Positions 8,447-18,475 of a stretch of 35,031 nucleotides of DNA are shown one piece after another. Origin of the DNA: Ignavibacteriota bacterium (GTDB lineage: Bacteria > Bacteroidota > Ignavibacteria > Palsa-1295). The position numbers were made by a program, and so were the translations under genes. Numbering within the stretch: the stretch's first letter is position 1; each line of letters opens with the position of its first letter. A model generated the notes under the pieces. The model was not told the origin of the DNA. It saw only the letters and a list, made by a program, of their open reading frames with translations, and searched no databases. The stretch lies in the NCBI GenBank assembly GCA_025357895.1, contig JANYLL010000084.1:1-35031 (forward strand), read 5' to 3'.

Positions 8447-10447
8447 ATGACGACAGAGACGCTGGATTGGACAACAGAAGATGCTATTGGTACTTATAAT
8501 GTAGATCGCTGGGGTTTAGGATATTTCTCCGTAAACGAAATTGGCAATGTCACAGTGTCTCCATTGCGTGGTAAAGGAGCGACGATTGACATTATGCAGG
8601 TTATTGCAGAAGCTCCCGATCGTGGCTTAAACTTCCCCATTGTACTCCGGTTTCAAGATCTGCTTCGTGACCGAGTAGACTGGCTTAATCGGGCATTTAA
8701 TGATGCGATTGCCGAAATGAAATACACAGGCAAATATTTTGGAGTCTTCCCTATCAAGGTAAATCAACTTCGGGAAGTTGTCGAAGAGATCGAAGATGCT
8801 GGCCGACCTTTTAATTATGGTTTAGAGGCAGGTTCAAAACCCGAGTTATTCTCTGCTCTTGCAATCCATAAAAATCCTGAATCACTTATCATCTGCAACG
8901 GGTATAAAGATAGTGCTTTTATTCGTCTAGCACTTAACGGCAGAAGACTTGGCAAAAAAGTAATAATGATAGCGGAGAAGCTTGAAGAGATCAAGTCTAT
9001 TTTGCAAAACGCCAGAGAGATTGGTGTCGAACCGTGGATTGGCATCCGCGTCCGGCTCGCAGCAAAATCGAGCGGCATCTGGGCTACTTCAGGCGGCGAA
9101 TCAGCTAAGTTCGGGCTCTCGACGATGGACTTAATGGAAGCCGTTGAATATCTTCGCAAAGAAAATGCCATGAATATTTTGAAAATGGTACATTTTCATA
9201 TTGGTTCTCAAATTCCTGATATTCAATCCATTAAAAAAGCGACCCGGGAGGCAACAAGATATTTTGCAAAACTTAAGAAAATGGGTTTTGAAGAATTAAA
9301 TTATCTTGACATTGGAGGCGGTCTTGGCGTTGATTACGACGGCAGTCGGTCATTCTTCCATTCTTCAACTAATTATACGCTCGAGGAATATTGCACTGAT
9401 TGTGTGTATAATATCATGGATGTTTGTGATGAAGAAGGCGTAGCACATCCACATATTGTTTCCGAATCAGGTCGTGCGATAGTTGCTCATCATTCCGTTT
9501 TAGTAGTTCAGGTATTCGGAGCTATCGAGAAAACAAAGTCTGCATACGATCTCAGCGTTTCGCCGAAAGATCATAAATGGGTGAAGCAGCTTGTGGAGAT
9601 CAAGGATAATATGCTTATCAATCCCCGAGTGGCTTTGCATGATGCACTGCAGATAAAAGAAGAATCACAGAATGCTTTTGATCTCGGAATCCTCGATCTT
9701 CTGACAAAGGCTAAGATCGAAACATTCTATTGGCATATCATCGAAGAAATTTCTGAATACTATAAATTAAGCGCCGATGATCCAGATAATGATGATGTTA
9801 TCCCGGAAGAAATTGCCGAACTTGCACCGCATCTTGCAGACCAGTATCTCTGCAATTTTTCTGTTTTTCAAAGTTTGCTCGATCATTGGGCTCTTGGGCA
9901 GATATTCCCTATTCTTCCAATTCACCGCTTAAATGAGCCGCCGACCGTACACGGAACGTTGGTTGATATTACGTGTGATTCCGATGGGAAGATAAGCAAG
10001 TTTGCTGATATTCGTGATATTCGCAAGACTCTTCCACTGCATCCTCTTAATCCCGGCGAGCCGTATTTTATTGGTATTTTCATGACCGGTGCGTATCAGG
10101 ATATTATGGGAGATCTTCATAATCTCTTTGGAAGAGTTAACGAAGCACATATTTTCCTGGATCCGGATGAAGAAACAGGATTTTATATCGAGGAGACGAT
10201 CGAGGGAAATTCTATTGCACAGGTCCTTGAATACACGCAGTACCATTCGAAAGAATTAGTGCGTAACCTCAAAGAACAGATTAACGAGGCGATCAAGTCT
10301 GACAGGATCAAACCGAATGAAGGTATGCGCCTATTGGCTGAATATGAAAAAGGTTTGCAAGATCATACTTATCTGACATTTCCGAATCTCAGCGTAAGTC
10401 AAATTACGCCGCCGCTGCAAACTGCTCTTTCCGTAAACGGACACTGA
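8447..10447 (+). CDS. speA: Biosynthetic arginine decarboxylase (PLP-dependent)
   Basis: 666 aa. The N-terminus WTTEDAIGTYNVDRWGLGYFSVNEIGNV is typical of SpeA. The PLP-Lys context is FPIKVNQ, followed by HFHIGSQ and GGGLGVDYDG. Length and architecture match SpeA. Confidence 0.92.
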   Translation: MTTETLDWTTEDAIGTYNVDRWGLGYFSVNEIGNVTVSPLRGKGATIDIMQVIAEAPDRGLNFPIVLRFQDLLRDRVDWLNRAFNDAIAEMKYTGKYFGVFPIKVNQLREVVEEIEDAGRPFNYGLEAGSKPELFSALAIHKNPESLIICNGYKDSAFIRLALNGRRLGKKVIMIAEKLEEIKSILQNAREIGVEPWIGIRVRLAAKSSGIWATSGGESAKFGLSTMDLMEAVEYLRKENAMNILKMVHFHIGSQIPDIQSIKKATREATRYFAKLKKMGFEELNYLDIGGGLGVDYDGSRSFFHSSTNYTLEEYCTDCVYNIMDVCDEEGVAHPHIVSESGRAIVAHHSVLVVQVFGAIEKTKSAYDLSVSPKDHKWVKQLVEIKDNMLINPRVALHDALQIKEESQNAFDLGILDLLTKAKIETFYWHIIEEISEYYKLSADDPDNDDVIPEEIAELAPHLADQYLCNFSVFQSLLDHWALGQIFPILPIHRLNEPPTVHGTLVDITCDSDGKISKFADIRDIRKTLPLHPLNPGEPYFIGIFMTGAYQDIMGDLHNLFGRVNEAHIFLDPDEETGFYIEETIEGNSIAQVLEYTQYHSKELVRNLKEQINEAIKSDRIKPNEGMRLLAEYEKGLQDHTYLTFPNLSVSQITPPLQTALSVNGH

Positions 10448-13400
10448 CAATTTTTGATATTCCATCCTCTTCCTGCGTGACTCCATAGAGTGCATCGGCA
10501 GAAGCCATTGTGCGCTTGTTATGGGTAACAACAATGAACTGTGTCTCTTTTGCAAAACGTTTTACGAGTTGTAAGAACCGGTCGATATTTGCATCATCAA
10601 GGGGTGCATCGACTTCATCAAGAATACAGAACGGACTTGGTTTGACAAGATAGATCGCAAAGAGAAGAGCGATGGCTGTCATTGTTTTCTCCCCTCCGGA
10701 AAGTGATTCTATACCATGGGGTTTTTTGCCGCGAGGACGAGCAATGATCTCGATTTGTGCTTCAAGCGGATCCTGACCTTCCTCTAATGTTAATTCGCAT
10801 TCATCACCTTCGGTAAAGAGCGAACGGAAAATATCACGGAAATAAATTTGCACCTGAGCGAATGTTTCGAGAAATTTCGCCGTCGCCGTTGTATTGATCT
10901 CTTCGATGGTCTCAAGCAAAGTTGATTGTGCATCCGCAAGATCCTTACGCTGCGTCGTCAGGAATTCCATTCGTTCTTTTTCACGGGTAAATTCTTCGTA
11001 AGCAAGTTGGTTAACATTGCCGAGATTACGAATTGATTGTTTTAATTGCTGAATAGTCTCACGAGCCTCTCCGAAACTAAACGTATCGTCTTCAGCATAT
11101 TCTTTTATTGCAAGTTCTTCCATTTGAAACTCTTCAAGAGCGCGAAGGGAAATATTTGTTATTTTCGATTCGATCTCCTGTATCTTTAACTCCAGTTCGT
11201 GCGTTGCGCTTATCGTCTTTTCATGTTCCTGACGCTGTTCACGTAGACCATCGCGATATTTTTGCGCAAGAGTTTGCTTTTCTTTCTTTTGTTCCAATAC
11301 AGAGCGATGTTGAGTTTCTGATAGTCCGATCTCGGATTCCAGGGCAAGAAGCATAGCTTGCAACTCACCAATCTTACCTTCATTGGAAGTTTTTTCAGTT
11401 ACAAATCGCTGGCAATCAGCCCGCTTTTCTTCTAATAATAATTTACCCGTAGATATCTCACCTTCAAGACGAGATATCTCGGAGCGGGTGCGATCAACGA
11501 TAGATTGCGCCTCGGCTGCACGAACTTGTGCTTCAGTATAAATTTCAGAAGCATTCGAAAGTGCCTGCTCGGCACTTACAACTTCTGATTGTGCATGTGC
11601 GAGCCTTTTGTTTGCACTCTGGTATTTTTCTTCGAGTTCTTCGAGAGCTGGTGCAATTTCTTCAAGTTGCCGAGTTTGCTCGGCATTTCTTATGGCAAGT
11701 TCTTGCTTTTCTTTAGCAATTGCAGCCAACTGTTCAATTATTCGTTTTAATTCATAAGTTACTTGTTCTAACGTTCGCTCTGCATTACGGAAGTTTTGCT
11801 GCGCTTGTTGCAATTTTTGTTCAAAATCTTTCAAGCCGATTTTCTCATAATCAGAATTCGCTTCTTGAATTTCTTTATCAATCGCTTCCACTTGATCACG
11901 GAGCGCATTGGCTTTCTTCTCGAGCTCAGCTATCTGCTGCTGTTTGCCGATCATCGAACCTTCTGAATTCTTTTTTGATCCGCCTCGGAGAATGCCGCTG
12001 CGCGTTACTACTTCGCCTTCAAGCGTCACGACTTTTTCAATTCCGCTTCTTGATTTAAGAAGATCGAATGCACTTGGAAGTGTTGATGCAGTTGCTGTTG
12101 TACCAAGCAAAATCGTATAAAGATTCCGATATTTAGCATCAAAAGTCGTTACATCAAACGCAGATTGATCAGTAGATAGTTGAGAACCGGTTGGGATCTC
12201 ATCTAAGCAAATAAATGTAGCTTTTCCTTTTTGCGAATGTCGTAATGACTCAATAGCATTCATTGCTTCAGCGCGTGTATCAGCAATAAAATATTGTCCG
12301 GTTTCCCCAAGAGCATTTTCAATCGCGACCCGATACTCAGGGGTTGTATTGATTGCATCAAGAACAGTAATGGGTCCTCCCGATTTGGACCAACTATGAT
12401 TTTTCATCAGGAACTCCGCTCCTTCGCTCGTTCCAAGTGAGCGTTCGACGAGGCTTGTCAGGAATTCTATTTTTGATAAATGCTGGCCGATCTCTTTTTG
12501 CAAACCAAAGGATGTTGTTTGTAAACCTTCGATCTTTAATTTCAGTCCTTCCCTTCCATGTTGAGCTTCGCGTCGCGCTTGTTCAGAATCAGCTAATATA
12601 CGCAATGCACTTTCGTGCTCTATGGCGTTGGAAGTCTCCTGTACCTTTAACTCGTTTTCAAGAATAACTAAACGCTCTTCTTCACTTTTAATATTTTCAG
12701 AGCGGTGGGAAAGTTCTTCGAGTCGAGCTTTTGCTTGGGCAGCACCTGAGGATAATTCATTTCGTTCATCCAACAGTGAGCTAACTTCGCGCTGTGCTGT
12801 TTGAAATCCGGAATGCTTTGCATCAAGTACTGATCGCGCATCAGTATATGCAGTGGAAGCCTCTTCCTTATGTTTGGTATGCAGTTCGGAATCCCGTTCA
12901 AGCCCGCTGATTGCGCCTGATTGATGAGATAATGTTTCACTTAGAGCTTTACCGTCATTCTCAAGACGTTCGATATCTTTTTGTGCACCATCAAATTGAG
13001 CACCTAGAGATATAATTCGTTCTTCTGTGCCAACGATCGTTTCGCGAAGTCTTCCGAATGTTTCATTCTTCTCTTTCAGCGTACGCTCGGAAATACGCAA
13101 CTGATCTTCGATCTCTTGCTCTTCTTTATTTATCAGATCAATCAGCGACTCAAATTTTGCAAGTTCTGTTGCAAGATGCGACCGCGATTCTTCATGCTCT
13201 TTTAATACATTGCGAAGCGGAATTAGTTTGCTGTGATTGGTTGAGAATTCCCTTTCCATCAAATCAACTTCCGATTCACGTAGGGTTTTAGAAAATGCAT
13301 TATACTTTTCTGCTTTTTCTGCCTGACGTTCAAGCAATCCAACGTTCTTTGTTACTTCCTTTATGATAGAATCGATTTTTTCTAAGTCTGTCGTTACCTG

Positions 13401-13946
13401 ATCTAATCTGCGAAGCGCTTCTTTGCGGCGCGCTTTATATTTCGTGACTCCGGCAGCCTCTTCGAATAGTTTTCTGCGCTCTTCGGTGCGGTCGCTTAAG
13501 ATCGTCTCGATCATTTTCAATTCGATGACTGAATAAGCATTCGCTCCCATGCCTGTATCCATGAAAAGCTCTATAATATCTTTGAGGCGGCACTGTGCTT
13601 TATTAAGAAGATATTCTGATTCACCTGAACGGAATAGACGACGCGTTATGGTAACCTCAGAATATTCTGTTGGGAGAATACCTTTTGTGTTTTCGATCGT
13701 CAGCGAAACCTCGGACATGCCGAGCGGCTTGCGGGTTCGCGAACCATTGAAGATCACATTCTCCATCACATCGGAGCGAAGCGTACTTGATTTCTGCTCG
13801 CCAAGCGCCCAGCGAATCGCATCTACGACGTTTGTCTTGCCGCAGCCATTCGGTCCCACGATAGACGTCATGCCTGAATCGAATTTTAGTAGTGTACGAT
13901 TGGCAAAAGACTTGAAACCGATAAGTTCGAGTTTGGATAGATACAT
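10404..13946 (-). CDS. smc: Chromosome segregation protein SMC
   Basis: 1180 aa. The N-terminus MYLSKLELIGFKSF with Walker A GPNGCGKTN is followed by long coiled coils and a hinge. The C-terminus carries the signature LSGGEKTMTAIALLFA and Walker B FCILDEVDAPLD. Confidence 0.95.
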   Translation of the reverse strand: MYLSKLELIGFKSFANRTLLKFDSGMTSIVGPNGCGKTNVVDAIRWALGEQKSSTLRSDVMENVIFNGSRTRKPLGMSEVSLTIENTKGILPTEYSEVTITRRLFRSGESEYLLNKAQCRLKDIIELFMDTGMGANAYSVIELKMIETILSDRTEERRKLFEEAAGVTKYKARRKEALRRLDQVTTDLEKIDSIIKEVTKNVGLLERQAEKAEKYNAFSKTLRESEVDLMEREFSTNHSKLIPLRNVLKEHEESRSHLATELAKFESLIDLINKEEQEIEDQLRISERTLKEKNETFGRLRETIVGTEERIISLGAQFDGAQKDIERLENDGKALSETLSHQSGAISGLERDSELHTKHKEEASTAYTDARSVLDAKHSGFQTAQREVSSLLDERNELSSGAAQAKARLEELSHRSENIKSEEERLVILENELKVQETSNAIEHESALRILADSEQARREAQHGREGLKLKIEGLQTTSFGLQKEIGQHLSKIEFLTSLVERSLGTSEGAEFLMKNHSWSKSGGPITVLDAINTTPEYRVAIENALGETGQYFIADTRAEAMNAIESLRHSQKGKATFICLDEIPTGSQLSTDQSAFDVTTFDAKYRNLYTILLGTTATASTLPSAFDLLKSRSGIEKVVTLEGEVVTRSGILRGGSKKNSEGSMIGKQQQIAELEKKANALRDQVEAIDKEIQEANSDYEKIGLKDFEQKLQQAQQNFRNAERTLEQVTYELKRIIEQLAAIAKEKQELAIRNAEQTRQLEEIAPALEELEEKYQSANKRLAHAQSEVVSAEQALSNASEIYTEAQVRAAEAQSIVDRTRSEISRLEGEISTGKLLLEEKRADCQRFVTEKTSNEGKIGELQAMLLALESEIGLSETQHRSVLEQKKEKQTLAQKYRDGLREQRQEHEKTISATHELELKIQEIESKITNISLRALEEFQMEELAIKEYAEDDTFSFGEARETIQQLKQSIRNLGNVNQLAYEEFTREKERMEFLTTQRKDLADAQSTLLETIEEINTTATAKFLETFAQVQIYFRDIFRSLFTEGDECELTLEEGQDPLEAQIEIIARPRGKKPHGIESLSGGEKTMTAIALLFAIYLVKPSPFCILDEVDAPLDDANIDRFLQLVKRFAKETQFIVVTHNKRTMASADALYGVTQEEDGISKIVSVRLRKEQFAAAA

Positions 13947-14032
13947 AGATGTGCTGTAAAATTACTATGGTATATAATCATTTCGCGGTCGCGATTGTTT
14001 CACAAATGTGCTTTTAAATTACTTTATGAGTA

Positions 14033-14040
14033 CAAAAATA
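14033..14040 (-). promoter_or_regulatory. Candidate TAnnTTTG -7 element upstream of smc
   Basis: The minus strand reads TATTTTTG, 86 nt upstream of the smc ATG in the divergent spacer. Motif match only. Confidence 0.25.
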
Positions 14041-14077
14041 GAGATTTGAGGATAGTGTTGTGTACTTATTTTAAAAA

Positions 14078-14827
14078 ATGTTATTAATTATTCCATCCAT
14101 CACCATCAAGGACGGTCACTGTATAGGAAAAATCTGGCATCATACGGCCAGAGAAAATGTGTCGGACTATAAAAAACCTGAAGACCGTGCACGTCTGCTT
14201 CGCAAAGAAAATGCTAAGGCTTTGCATTTGATCTTTGAGGACTCTTGGAATACTGAAACGTGTGATATCATTGAGCGTATTCGTCAGTCAGTAGATATCC
14301 CAATTTCGATAGCTCTTCCCTCATTGCCTGAAGATATAATGCTCGTGAAGCAAATCATGGCATCAGGTATTTATCGCTTATTTTTGCCATCTAATGCCAG
14401 CGATAATTTCCTGAATCTTTGCATCCATGATTTTAGCCGTCAGAAGGTGGTTGTTTCTATATCGTTAGGGAATGTATCTCGTGATCTACTTATGCGCTTA
14501 AAAGATGATGGATTGATACGCCTTTGCATTACACTTCCAGAGAATGAGAGAACACTGCCATTAGACAAACTGCAGGAAATAGCGGCACTTGGGCGTGAGA
14601 TAGGGATGCGCCTTTCTTTGCTTTTTGGTGTTTATTCTTATGGGGCACTTATGGATATTGCCGGCTTAGCTCCGGGATTCGATTCCGTTATTTTAGGTGC
14701 AGCTTTAGATGAGAATTCTTTTCCCTGCCAGGGAATCTGGCGAGATATGGAATTGAAAGCATATACTCAAAACGGTGCGGAAGCTAATCTCTGGAAAAAT
14801 CCGTTAGAACTTGTGCCACACATATAA
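14078..14827 (+). CDS. Divergent HisA/HisF-family (beta/alpha)8-barrel protein, probably not a canonical histidine-biosynthesis enzyme
   Basis: 249 aa. The N-terminus LLIIPSITIKDGHC resembles HisA/HisF beta-1 (IPAIDLKDG). The C-terminal SVILGAALDENSF resembles the GxxVGxAxxxG phosphate-binding end. Both catalytic Asp positions appear substituted. Confidence 0.5.
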   Translation: MLLIIPSITIKDGHCIGKIWHHTARENVSDYKKPEDRARLLRKENAKALHLIFEDSWNTETCDIIERIRQSVDIPISIALPSLPEDIMLVKQIMASGIYRLFLPSNASDNFLNLCIHDFSRQKVVVSISLGNVSRDLLMRLKDDGLIRLCITLPENERTLPLDKLQEIAALGREIGMRLSLLFGVYSYGALMDIAGLAPGFDSVILGAALDENSFPCQGIWRDMELKAYTQNGAEANLWKNPLELVPHI

Positions 14828-14857
14828 TTATTGGCATTCTATAATATAAGTAGTAAC

Positions 14858-17800
14858 ATGAAATATATCAAAAAATTTGTTGCAGCGAGTTTATCAATCT
14901 TTGCAATTCTTATCTTTTTGGCGCAAGGTGCTAATTCCCAATGGTTAAAAGATGGCACTGAAGAGCCAAGAGAAGATCATGCAGAAGATGCTTTAAAATG
15001 GTTCTATGGAATGCGCACTTTTGGATTAGGCTATATACCTCAGGATGCTTGGCTTAATGCATTAAAACAAAAAGACGCGTTACGAAATAAATATTTTCCA
15101 ACTGGGAATGGATATTCCGTTCAATCCCCTTTTGCACCTCAGGCAAGCGTAAACTGGACTAATGTCGGTCCCATAAATATTCAGCCAGGAAATAATCCCC
15201 CTACTCATGCAGGCAGAGTCAATACTATTGTTGGCGATCCGTTATCAGGAAAAATTGCATACCTGGGAGCTGCAAACGGAGGCGTTTGGAAAACAATAAA
15301 TGCCGGGAAGTCTTGGAAACCACTTATGGATAATGCGCTTTCTCTTGCTATGGGGGCACTTGCAATCGATCCGACAAACTCCAATGTTCTTTATGCAGGT
15401 ACCGGAGAGTTTTCCAAAGGTGTTGGTGCTTTTTTCGGCGCAGGAATTTTGAAATCGACAGATGCCGGGATTTCCTGGAATTCGATCGGTCTTCCTAATG
15501 TGGGTGCTTTTAGCACAATAATCGTTAATCCTCACAAAACCTCAACTATTTATGCCGCAGGAGCCGGTTCAGGCGGAGGACTCTATATTTCTGATAATTC
15601 AGGAACTTCATGGACAAAGCTTTCCGGCGGTCTTCCTCCCGGAGATGTAACTGATCTTTCGTATGCACAATCAGGCAGCAATGATATACTCTATGCAGCG
15701 ATTCCGAGTCATGGGGTTTGGCTATCGAAAGATGGAGGAAAAAATTGGAGTGATCTTCAGGCACCGTTTACTCAAATGAGACGTGTTCATGTTGCTGTTG
15801 ATCCAAATAATTGGAAAGATGCTGTTGCGCTGTCAGTCAATTTTACAGGTGGATTGGAAGGTATCTTCCAAACTACCGACGGCGGAGTTACCTGGCCAAG
15901 TGATTTGAATAACGGTCTTGATGGTGGAACTGGTATTTTTGGTTCTAACAATCAGGGATGGTATGATGCCTTTGTACGTCGAAATCCGCTAAAACCCGGA
16001 AGCATTCTTGTTGGCGGTATTTCTGTATGGAAGACAGATGATAACGGAGCTTCATGGGAAGATGTTGGACGAGCTTACCAGGGCGGTATTCACCCTGACC
16101 AACATACTGCAGCCATTCTTCATAGTTCAGATATTTCTATCGTCTATTCCGGCTCCGATGGCGGAATTGCTGTTTCAACCGATGACGGAAGCAATTATAC
16201 AATCTATCAGGATAGTCTGGCAATTACTGAATCTTATGGCATTGCTATCGATCAAACTGTCGCTGATGTTACGTATACAGGAAATCAGGATAACGGAACA
16301 CTCGTTGGCGGCCGTAACGGAGAATGGCAAGAAATAGGCGGCGGCGACGGGGGTACTGTAGTAGTCGATGCTGCCAATCATAATAATGTTTATTACACAA
16401 TACCGGGAAGGATAGACGTATTCCCAAATAACAGCAGCGGTCTTGATCAATCTGATAGTGTTGGATGGGTATTACCATTGGTTCAGGATGAAATTAAACA
16501 CAATCTTTATACCGGTACGCAATACCTCTATGTTGAAACTGCCGGAGCCGCATCATGGACGAAACGAGCCAAGAAACTTGCTTCGCAGAGTTACCTCTCT
16601 GCCATTGCCCCGGCTGGAGACGGCAAAACTCTTCTCGTAGGTACGACAGGTGGGAAAGTTTGGTCAACCGTTGATAACGGTATAACATTTACTGACCGCT
16701 CTACAGGTTTGCCGGGTAGAGATGTTACTTCTATAAAAGTCAGCCCTACAGATACAAAAACTTATTACGTCGCTCTTTCAGGTTTCGGCGCTGGGCATGT
16801 ATATAAAACAACTGACCTCGGTGCAACTTGGAAGAATATCAGCTCAACCCTCCCTGATATTTCTTGTAATGCACTGATCGTTGACGCCGAACATCCGACA
16901 GATCTTTATGCTGGTACCGACGTCGGAGTTTTTTTCTCCCCTAATGATGGCGCAGATTGGATCCCATTCGGAACGGGACTTCCGAATGTTGCGGTTACCG
17001 ATATTGCTTATCATAAATCCAATCGTGTTATTCGTGCAGGAACACATGGCAGATCAATGTGGGAAGCGCCGATGGCAATTACTATATCAGGCATTACAAC
17101 TCCCACCGTTTCAAACGTGTGGTATGTTGGTGAATCAGCGCAGATCGGCTGGTATGGCACTGCATCTCCTGTAAAGATCGAAATCAGTACAGACAATGCT
17201 GCCTCATGGAAATTAGTAAAAGATGGTGCTACTGGAAATACCTTTACGATCGGTGACGTTCGGTTTCCTCCTGTAGAAACAGCTCTTATTCGCATTACTG
17301 ACGGAACGCAAACTCTGCAGTCACAAATGTTCAGAATTCGTACACGTTCAGCAGGTACTACTCTTAGCACATTTAGTGAACAGCAGCTTTACATGTATGA
17401 TATAGCATACGATAAAGATGACAACATACTCTGGGTAACAAATTTTAATCCCGGCGATAATAAAATTTATAAGATTGATCCTAATACCGGTGCACGCACC
17501 GGCTCAATAAGTGTTTCCGGCGGCAGAGATTTTACCGGAATAAAATACGACCCTTCGACGAAACATTTATTTGTTCATCAGTCAAATACTTCGACCAGTT
17601 CAAGTTTTGTATTTGAATTAGATATGACCGGGAAAGTTCTAAATCAGTGGGCTTCGCCAAGTACGTATGGTACGGGTATCTTTGTCGCCGGTGATTCTCT
17701 TTTTCTTGCCGATCGAAATCATAATGTCATCCATGTTGTCAGCAAAAAGGATCCTACAAATACCTACTATGATATTGATCTGACAACGATCGGAAGAGTA

Positions 17801-18391
17801 GCTCCATTCGGTCCGCGTTGTATAACGCTAGATCCCGCTACCGGAAATCTTCTTCACACGTGGACGGATTTTCAAGGAACAGACGCCAATGCAACGCTCT
17901 ATGATAGTTATATTCTTCGGCTCAAACGTGATGAAGGAACCGAGCTTGGATCATATTTCGTGCAAGACGGTACAAATTCAGGGACAAATGTCCGAGGACT
18001 TGAACTTGATCCCCGTTCAGGTGGAACCAGCGTTTGGGTAACAGTACTAAACTCCGGAAATTCATCAAAGATACTAAAGATAACACTTATTGACGGTCCT
18101 AAGGATGGTGTGGCATCAATTCAAAATAAAGCAGCTTCCTTTGGAGCAAATTATCCTAATCCATTTACAGATTACACAACGCTGCTTTATTCTACTGAGC
18201 ATGAAGGCTCAGTAAAAATTCTTATCCGCGATATGCTCGGAAGAGAGGTATATTCAACTGCTCCGCAAGTTCAGAGCAGCGGCGATCACCGCGTCATACT
18301 TCCCTTGCAGTCACTTTCTAGCGGAAGATATTTCTCCGAACTTTATATCAACGGAATTCGCTCCGATATAAAAGCAATTGTTAAAGAATAA
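14858..18391 (+). CDS. Secreted BNR/Asp-box repeat protein (sortilin/GH74-like propellers) with a beta-sandwich, an NHL-like region and a T9SS C-terminal sorting domain
   Basis: The signal peptide is MKYIKKFVAASLSIFAILIFLAQGANSQ (ATG at 14858; the ORF track starts at TTG 14831). At least 9 Asp-boxes are present (STDAGISW, SDNSGTSW, SKDGGKNW, TTDGGVTW, TDDNGASW, STDDGSNY, VDNGITF, TTDLGATW, PNDGADW). The C-terminus NYPNPFTDYTTLLY...VKILIRDMLGREV...SGRYF matches the T9SS CTD pattern. Confidence 0.8.
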   Translation: MKYIKKFVAASLSIFAILIFLAQGANSQWLKDGTEEPREDHAEDALKWFYGMRTFGLGYIPQDAWLNALKQKDALRNKYFPTGNGYSVQSPFAPQASVNWTNVGPINIQPGNNPPTHAGRVNTIVGDPLSGKIAYLGAANGGVWKTINAGKSWKPLMDNALSLAMGALAIDPTNSNVLYAGTGEFSKGVGAFFGAGILKSTDAGISWNSIGLPNVGAFSTIIVNPHKTSTIYAAGAGSGGGLYISDNSGTSWTKLSGGLPPGDVTDLSYAQSGSNDILYAAIPSHGVWLSKDGGKNWSDLQAPFTQMRRVHVAVDPNNWKDAVALSVNFTGGLEGIFQTTDGGVTWPSDLNNGLDGGTGIFGSNNQGWYDAFVRRNPLKPGSILVGGISVWKTDDNGASWEDVGRAYQGGIHPDQHTAAILHSSDISIVYSGSDGGIAVSTDDGSNYTIYQDSLAITESYGIAIDQTVADVTYTGNQDNGTLVGGRNGEWQEIGGGDGGTVVVDAANHNNVYYTIPGRIDVFPNNSSGLDQSDSVGWVLPLVQDEIKHNLYTGTQYLYVETAGAASWTKRAKKLASQSYLSAIAPAGDGKTLLVGTTGGKVWSTVDNGITFTDRSTGLPGRDVTSIKVSPTDTKTYYVALSGFGAGHVYKTTDLGATWKNISSTLPDISCNALIVDAEHPTDLYAGTDVGVFFSPNDGADWIPFGTGLPNVAVTDIAYHKSNRVIRAGTHGRSMWEAPMAITISGITTPTVSNVWYVGESAQIGWYGTASPVKIEISTDNAASWKLVKDGATGNTFTIGDVRFPPVETALIRITDGTQTLQSQMFRIRTRSAGTTLSTFSEQQLYMYDIAYDKDDNILWVTNFNPGDNKIYKIDPNTGARTGSISVSGGRDFTGIKYDPSTKHLFVHQSNTSTSSSFVFELDMTGKVLNQWASPSTYGTGIFVAGDSLFLADRNHNVIHVVSKKDPTNTYYDIDLTTIGRVAPFGPRCITLDPATGNLLHTWTDFQGTDANATLYDSYILRLKRDEGTELGSYFVQDGTNSGTNVRGLELDPRSGGTSVWVTVLNSGNSSKILKITLIDGPKDGVASIQNKAASFGANYPNPFTDYTTLLYSTEHEGSVKILIRDMLGREVYSTAPQVQSSGDHRVILPLQSLSSGRYFSELYINGIRSDIKAIVKE

Positions 18392-18459
18392 AATGTACAA
18401 GTTAAAAGTCGAAAATATAAAATCAAAAGTAAAACACATCCTTTTGTCTATTGACTTTA

Positions 18460-18467
18460 TAATTTTG
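18460..18467 (+). promoter_or_regulatory. Candidate TAnnTTTG -7 element upstream of the RmlD-like gene
   Basis: TAATTTTG ends 8 nt before the ATG at 18476, and a TTTG lies at 18443-18446. This would imply a very short leader. Motif match only. Confidence 0.3.
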
Positions 18468-18475
18468 ACTTCCAG

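Noticed and set aside
13549-13959. 136-aa plus-strand ORF, and several others at 11108-13291, lying inside smc
   Set aside because: They are antisense to a 1180-aa ORF with unmistakable SMC motifs. The translations are low-complexity and Ser/Arg/Leu-rich, as expected for shadow frames of a coiled-coil gene. They have no start context.
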